From: Nitrosomonadales bacterium
GTDB lineage: Bacteria > Pseudomonadota > Gammaproteobacteria > Burkholderiales > Gallionellaceae
Assembly: GCA_947475825.1 (NCBI GenBank)
Contig: CANJMS010000001.1
Span: forward strand, 517-64,516
Length of the DNA stretch: 64,000 bases
Direction: 5' to 3'
In this document: positions 59,571 to 64,000 of the stretch, in pieces
How the letters are laid out: each line of letters begins with the position of its first letter
Position numbering within the stretch: position 1 is the stretch's first letter
The notes under the pieces: generated by a model
What the model was told of the DNA's origin: nothing
What the model saw: the letters and a program-made list of their open reading frames with translations, nothing else
The model's database searches: none
Made by a program: the position numbers and the translations under genes

Positions 59571-60083
59571 GTGAACACATCAAACATCAATTTAATATCC
59601 GCGATATTTTTACTCAGCGCATCTTTATTCAGCGGAGTGCTGCACGCCGCCGAAACCGGCACAGTGCTGAAGGTTGACGATATTCGTACGGAACCGTTCC
59701 GCGATGCAAAATCGGTGGCGAAGTTGGCGGTGGGGGACTCAGTGAATATCATCAAACAAGACAATGGCTGGTTGCAGGTAAGCAGTGCCAAGAGTAAAGG
59801 TTGGATACGCATGTTGAGTATTCGTCGTGGCGATACGCGCAAAGTTGGAGCTGATGCAAAAGGTGTGCTTGCGCTGACTTCCGGACGCGCCGGGACGGGT
59901 GCGGTGGTAGCTTCGACGGGTATACGCGGATTGACCGAGGAGGAATTGAAACAAGCACAGTTCAATGAGGAAGAGGTCAAACTGGCCGAGTCTTATGCGA
60001 GCAACAAATTGGCAGCAGCGAAGTTCGCCGCGCAAGGAAAATTAGCTGCGCGGTCGGTAGCATATTTGGGAGATGCGAAATGA
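59571..60083 (+). CDS. Periplasmic SH3-like domain protein
   Basis: GTG start with signal peptide. The SH3b-like segment is GTVLKVDDIRTEPFRDAKSVAKLAVGDSVNIIKQDNGWLQVSSAKSKGWIRM. Confidence 0.6.
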   Translation: MNTSNINLISAIFLLSASLFSGVLHAAETGTVLKVDDIRTEPFRDAKSVAKLAVGDSVNIIKQDNGWLQVSSAKSKGWIRMLSIRRGDTRKVGADAKGVLALTSGRAGTGAVVASTGIRGLTEEELKQAQFNEEEVKLAESYASNKLAAAKFAAQGKLAARSVAYLGDAK

Positions 60084-60916
60084 GCAACCCGCATTTGAAC
60101 ACCATGCTAAGCGTGGTGGTGGTAACGCTATTTTACGGCAGTGCCGGGGCAGCTATTCCTCTGCAGCAAGAGCTGCTTAAAACCATCAAGCAAAGCGCGC
60201 AAGAAAAGGTGACTGGCAAATCCGCCACGACACCGGAAGAAGAAATCGCGATTGGTCGGCAAATCGCCGGCAATTTGCTTGGCGCATCACCATTGGTGAA
60301 GGATGCCAAGCTGCAACAGTATATCAATCATGTTGGACGCTGGATCGCTGACCAGAGCGAGCGCCCTGAACTAGCCTGGCATTTTGGCGTGATCGACTCC
60401 GCTGATATGAATGCGTTCGCCGCACCCGGCGGTTATATTTTTGTAACACGCGGATTGTACCAATCGCTACGCAGCGAAGCAGAGCTGGCGGGAGTTTTAG
60501 GGCACGAAGTTGGCCATGTCATTCGCCAGCATCATTTGAAAATATTGCAGCAAAGCAAGTTGCTGGATTTAGGCAGCCAGGCACTCGCCAAAACAGTGGG
60601 CGGTAACGACAAGGCGCAGAGGATGATTGGCAGCGGCGCGGAAATCGTGTCGCGTGCGCTGGATAAAGATGCTGAGTTTGAAGCGGATCGCATCGCTGTG
60701 GTACTCGCCACGCGTGCGGGCTATGATGCTTACGGACTGCCAGCGGTGCTGCAACAACTCGGTCATGTTGCAAAAGACGAAGGTAGTGTCGCGTTGTTGT
60801 TTAAAACACACCCGCATCCCGATGACCGCTTGGGGAAGCTGGATTCCAGTATGGATGAACGTTTCGACAAGGTAAAAGGGAAGACGCTTGAAAAACGTCT
60901 GTACCACATTCCATAA
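60080..60916 (+). CDS. M48-family zinc metallopeptidase (periplasmic)
   Basis: HEVGHVIRQHH zinc motif plus downstream EFEADRIA. Signal peptide present. ATGA overlap with the SH3 gene. Confidence 0.8.
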   Translation: MSNPHLNTMLSVVVVTLFYGSAGAAIPLQQELLKTIKQSAQEKVTGKSATTPEEEIAIGRQIAGNLLGASPLVKDAKLQQYINHVGRWIADQSERPELAWHFGVIDSADMNAFAAPGGYIFVTRGLYQSLRSEAELAGVLGHEVGHVIRQHHLKILQQSKLLDLGSQALAKTVGGNDKAQRMIGSGAEIVSRALDKDAEFEADRIAVVLATRAGYDAYGLPAVLQQLGHVAKDEGSVALLFKTHPHPDDRLGKLDSSMDERFDKVKGKTLEKRLYHIP

Positions 60917-60945
60917 ATTACTTGCTGTTTGGGCAGGAAAAAATC

Positions 60946-61395
60946 ATGCAATATAAGCGTCCCGTTTCTGCACTGGTCGTGATTTATACCGCAGCATTGG
61001 AGGTGTTGTTATTGGAGCGCGCCGATCATCCCGGTGCGTGGCAGTCGGTGACGGGCAGTCAAGATGAGGGTGAAACCATAGGGGATACAGCGATTCGCGA
61101 GGTCTTTGAGGAGACGGCACTGGATGCTCAGAATTATTTATTTGGTGATTGGCAGATAAACAATGTATATGAAATTTATGCCTTATGGCGACACCGTTAT
61201 GCCCCCGGCACTTTGTATAATACCGAGCACGTGTTCGGCTTGGAACTGCCCGACAGATTGCCTGTTCAACTCTCGCCACGTGAACACTTAAATTATAAAT
61301 GGGTGCAGTGGCAGGAAGCTGCAGATTTGGTATTTTCCCCAAGCAATCGCGCGGCAATTTTGCTGTTACCGGAACGTAGTAATCAGAAAAAATAG
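60946..61395 (+). CDS. nudB: Dihydroneopterin triphosphate diphosphatase (Nudix)
   Basis: MQYKRPVSALVVIYT...WQSVTGSQDEGETIGDTAIREVFEETAL contains the Nudix box. Confidence 0.8.
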   Translation: MQYKRPVSALVVIYTAALEVLLLERADHPGAWQSVTGSQDEGETIGDTAIREVFEETALDAQNYLFGDWQINNVYEIYALWRHRYAPGTLYNTEHVFGLELPDRLPVQLSPREHLNYKWVQWQEAADLVFSPSNRAAILLLPERSNQKK

Positions 61396-61408
61396 CAGTG
61401 AAGCAGTA

Positions 61409-61539
61409 ATAATTCCAGTTCGCGTTAGAAAGGAGAGCAAGGCGGCAAGGATAAGGTGACGAAGACAGTACATTTGAGTACGGCTAGGAGCCGAAGACGA
61501 TGCCAACACAGTTATCGTTTTTAACACGAATTGGAATAA
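61409..61539 (+). repeat. Interspersed hairpin repeat, copy 5 (short form, subfamily 2), after nudB
   Basis: Core GCAAGGCGGCAAGGATAAGGTGACGAAGACAGTACATTTGAGTACGGCTAGGAGCCGAAGACGATGCCAACACAGTTATCG is nearly identical to the 31.0 kb copy. The terminal inverted repeats are related. Confidence 0.8.
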
Positions 61540-61586
61540 GGGAGCATCAGCAATACTGCAAGTAGTCCGCCTTAAAAGGATAGGTC

Positions 61587-62678
61587 ATGTTGGAAGAAAT
61601 GATACCCGTTAGCTACGATCATCCGCACAGCACAGGCTGCAACACTGCTCTGGCCTGGGCAAGAAAGCCGAGTGAGCCAACCGGCGCGGAAAAACCTGAG
61701 CTGATTGCACGCATTAAATATTTGCTAAAAGCACAGAATGCCGTGCTGGTGGCGCACTATTACGTGCATCCAGATATGCAGGATCTTGCAGAAGCAACGG
61801 GCGGTTGTGTGTCGGATTCCCTGGATATGGCAAATTTTGGGTACCAACATCCGGCGCAAACCTTAGTGGTCGCGGGGGTACGTTTTATGGGTGAAACCGC
61901 GAAAATTTTGAACCCGGAAAAGCGCGTGTTGATGCCAGATTTAGACGCGACATGCTCGCTGGATTTGGGTTGTCCAATTGATGAATTCAACGCTTTCTGT
62001 GATGCACATCCAGATCGTACTGTCGTGGTGTATGCCAACACCAGTGCGGCGGTTAAGGCACGTGCTGATTGGATGGTGACCAGTTCAATCGCCTTGCCTA
62101 TCATCAAGCATCTGCACGCGCAGGGGGAAAAAATTCTGTGGGCTCCTGATCGACATTTGGGACATTACATCCAGCAGCAAACTGGAGCTGACATGTTGCT
62201 GTGGCAAGGCTCGTGCATTGTGCATGATGAGTTTAAGGCGCAGGAGTTGGCGGCTATGAAGGCGCAGCATCCTACGGCAAAAATATTAGTGCATCCGGAA
62301 TCGCCACCGACGGTGATAGCACTGGCCGATGTGGTGGGCTCGACTACACAGCTTATCAAGGCGAGTCAAAGTTTGTCCACACGCGAATTTATCGTGGCAA
62401 CAGATAATGGCATTTTGCATAAGATGAGAAAATTATCGCCCGATAAAATTTTTCTGGAAGCACCGACAGCGGGCGAGGGTGCAACTTGCAAAAGCTGCAA
62501 TCATTGTCCGTGGATGGCGATGAACGGGCTGAAAAACTTGAAATCAGTGTTGGAAAACGGGGGCAATGAAATTGTTGTTGATCCGGAGATTGGCCGCAAA
62601 GCAAAAAAGTCTATTACACGTATGCTGGATTTCGCCAGACAAATAAATTTCCCCACACGCGGCATAGGCAACGCCTAA
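61587..62678 (+). CDS. nadA: Quinolinate synthase
   Basis: …[16 protein letters not shown]…[11 protein letters not shown]…CSL…VYANTSA…CIVHDEF…HPES…C..C.HCPWM… motifs. Confidence 0.9.
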   Translation: MLEEMIPVSYDHPHSTGCNTALAWARKPSEPTGAEKPELIARIKYLLKAQNAVLVAHYYVHPDMQDLAEATGGCVSDSLDMANFGYQHPAQTLVVAGVRFMGETAKILNPEKRVLMPDLDATCSLDLGCPIDEFNAFCDAHPDRTVVVYANTSAAVKARADWMVTSSIALPIIKHLHAQGEKILWAPDRHLGHYIQQQTGADMLLWQGSCIVHDEFKAQELAAMKAQHPTAKILVHPESPPTVIALADVVGSTTQLIKASQSLSTREFIVATDNGILHKMRKLSPDKIFLEAPTAGEGATCKSCNHCPWMAMNGLKNLKSVLENGGNEIVVDPEIGRKAKKSITRMLDFARQINFPTRGIGNA

Positions 62679-62719
62679 GCCATGACTTTTTTCATGGGGC
62701 AATTCTCAGGGGGCAATGT

Positions 62720-63751
62720 GTGATCAAGCTCAATATCGCCACCTACAATATTCACAAGGGATTTTCTCGTTTTAACCGACGCATGGTGATGCACGAGTTG
62801 CGTGATCGCTTGCGTGAACTGAATGCGGATATTGTTTTTTTGCAGGAGGTGCAAGGAGAAAATATTCGCAATGTACAGCGACATAAGCATTATCCCGTCA
62901 TGCCCCATCATGAATTTTTAGCAGGTCAGATATGGCCGTATCACGCATATGGAAAGAATGCGGTGTACACCAATGGTCATCATGGAAACGCCGTATTGAG
63001 TCGATACCCCATTTCACAATGGGAAAACTTAGACATTTCTACGCACCGTTTTGAGAGCCGTGGTTTATTACATTGCGAGATAGATTTGTCTGCTGCAGAT
63101 GGTTTAGAGTCTGTTGACAATCATGCGACGGGTGCGAACGGGGGGAATCGGGATGCAGTGCAAGGCGCGAGAGACGCGGTTTGGTCATTCCAAACAAGGA
63201 GCGAGCAACGCCGCAATACGCCCGATTCTCCCGTTTCCGGAGGATTGCCGCCCGATGGAGTGCCTGCCGCGTTGTCGGGCTTGCCAAGGGAGCGGCCATT
63301 GGCTGCGCCCTCCGCCTTGCATTCATCTCCATCGGGAGAGCAACGCATCTCGCCGGATAATTGTCAACAGACTCTAACCAAGCCAGCATTGCTGCATTGT
63401 TTTTGTGTTCATCTGGGCTTGTTCAAGAAGGGGAGAAAGCAGCAATTTGGCGCGATAGTCGCGCGCATTAAAAAAGTGGTGCCACCGGATTCCCCACTCA
63501 TTATTGCGGGTGATTTTAATGACTGGAATAATAATGCGAGTCGATTATTGGAGCAAGAGTTGCAGTTATATGAAGCTTTCGAAGTCAGCCAAGGGAAGCC
63601 TGCGCTCAGCTATCCGGTTGAGATGCCGATGTTACGCCTGGATAGAATTTATGTGCGCGGGCTGAGCATACACAGCGCGCAAATTCATGCCCATTATCCG
63701 TGGAATAAAATTTCAGATCATGCGGCATTGTCGGCCACGCTATTGGTATGA
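62720..63751 (+). CDS. Endonuclease/exonuclease/phosphatase (EEP) family protein, YbhP-like, carrying a 93-codon in-frame repeat insertion
   Basis: …ATYNIHKG…DIVFLQEV…NAVLSRYPI…HCEIDL[insert]LLHCFCVHLGL…GDFNDW…DRIY…ISDHAALSA motifs. It is followed by clsB with an ATGA overlap, as in the E. coli ybhP-clsB pair. Confidence 0.8.
   Translation: MIKLNIATYNIHKGFSRFNRRMVMHELRDRLRELNADIVFLQEVQGENIRNVQRHKHYPVMPHHEFLAGQIWPYHAYGKNAVYTNGHHGNAVLSRYPISQWENLDISTHRFESRGLLHCEIDLSAADGLESVDNHATGANGGNRDAVQGARDAVWSFQTRSEQRRNTPDSPVSGGLPPDGVPAALSGLPRERPLAAPSALHSSPSGEQRISPDNCQQTLTKPALLHCFCVHLGLFKKGRKQQFGAIVARIKKVVPPDSPLIIAGDFNDWNNNASRLLEQELQLYEAFEVSQGKPALSYPVEMPMLRLDRIYVRGLSIHSAQIHAHYPWNKISDHAALSATLLV
63101..63379 (+). 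repeat. Interspersed hairpin repeat, long (279 bp) variant, inserted in-frame in the EEP gene
   Basis: Terminal inverted repeats GGTTTAGAGTCTGTTGACAAT / ATTGTCAACAGACTCTAACC (20 of 21). The interior aligns with the 31.7-31.95 kb copy. Confidence 0.75.
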
Positions 63752-64000
63752 GTTCCACACACTTTGTTGATAATCACGTACTCATGCTATTACGTAATGG
63801 CGATGAATTTTTCCCGAGCCTCATCGCCGCGATAGATGGCGCGATCCTCTCGGTATATATTGAAACCTATATTTATGCGGCAGATGAAAGCGGTCGCTTA
63901 GTCTCACTTGCGCTACAACGCGCTACGACACGCGGGGTTGCGGTTAATTTATTGCTGGATGGTTTCGGGGCAGCGGATTTGCCGCTGGACTGGATAACAG
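63748..64000 (+). CDS. clsB: Cardiolipin synthase ClsB / phospholipase D family, N-terminal part (runs off right edge)
   Basis: MSSTHFVDNHVLMLLRNGDEFFPSLIAAIDGA...IYIETYIY...LLLDGFG is typical of the first PLD half. Confidence 0.7.
   Translation, partial: MSSTHFVDNHVLMLLRNGDEFFPSLIAAIDGAILSVYIETYIYAADESGRLVSLALQRATTRGVAVNLLLDGFGAADLPLDWIT

Noticed and set aside
1-64000. I searched by eye for tRNA, rRNA, tmRNA, riboswitch (for example ZTP upstream of purH, or THF/preQ1 near folE), integrase and phage genes.
   Set aside because: I found no cloverleaf-like or rRNA-like sequences. purH and folE have essentially no 5-prime leader here (2 nt and 17 nt gaps). No integrase or phage structural genes are present. 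A covariance-model scan would be needed to exclude small RNAs.

Overview
This window is mostly chromosomal housekeeping sequence, and its gene content and order look betaproteobacterial: suhB / trmJ-cysE-iscR, dusB-fis-purH...purD, fmdB-DUF502-aspS, and ybhP-like-clsB. I count about 55 protein genes. I saw no rRNA, tRNA or CRISPR array, and no intact mobile element. The main operon is an IscR-headed SUF Fe-S assembly operon (iscR-sufA-sufBCDSU-nfu-Rieske), and an orphan iscS-like gene sits elsewhere. Accessory or unusual content:
- A Slam/DUF560-like TPR plus beta-barrel outer-membrane protein is paired with a 1090-aa FecR-domain protein that carries three TbpB-barrel-like repeats (3.1-8.0 kb).
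- A higBA islet holds a second, decayed antitoxin and an orphan PD-(D/E)xK-like ORF (23.8-25.2 kb).
- A TetR/MMPL/LolA-like/beta-barrel cassette is bracketed by a dead IS4-family element and an IS630-family fragment (35.7-42.5 kb).
- A secreted barnase-type RNase and its barstar lie next to a CHASE2 / SH3 / M48-peptidase operon (56.9-60.9 kb).
- A lipoprotein gene lies downstream of two promoter-like sites, each with a long homopolymer tract (C11, G10) in its spacer (33.3-33.4 kb).
- A dense family of hairpin-forming interspersed repeats has 7 copies. One is inserted in-frame inside a coding gene and two bracket dsbB.

I cannot point to one unambiguous novel system. The best candidates are the T11SS-like pair, the repeat family, the double homopolymer promoter and the CHASE2-SH3-M48 module. 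All domain calls come from reading the translations by eye, with no searches run.
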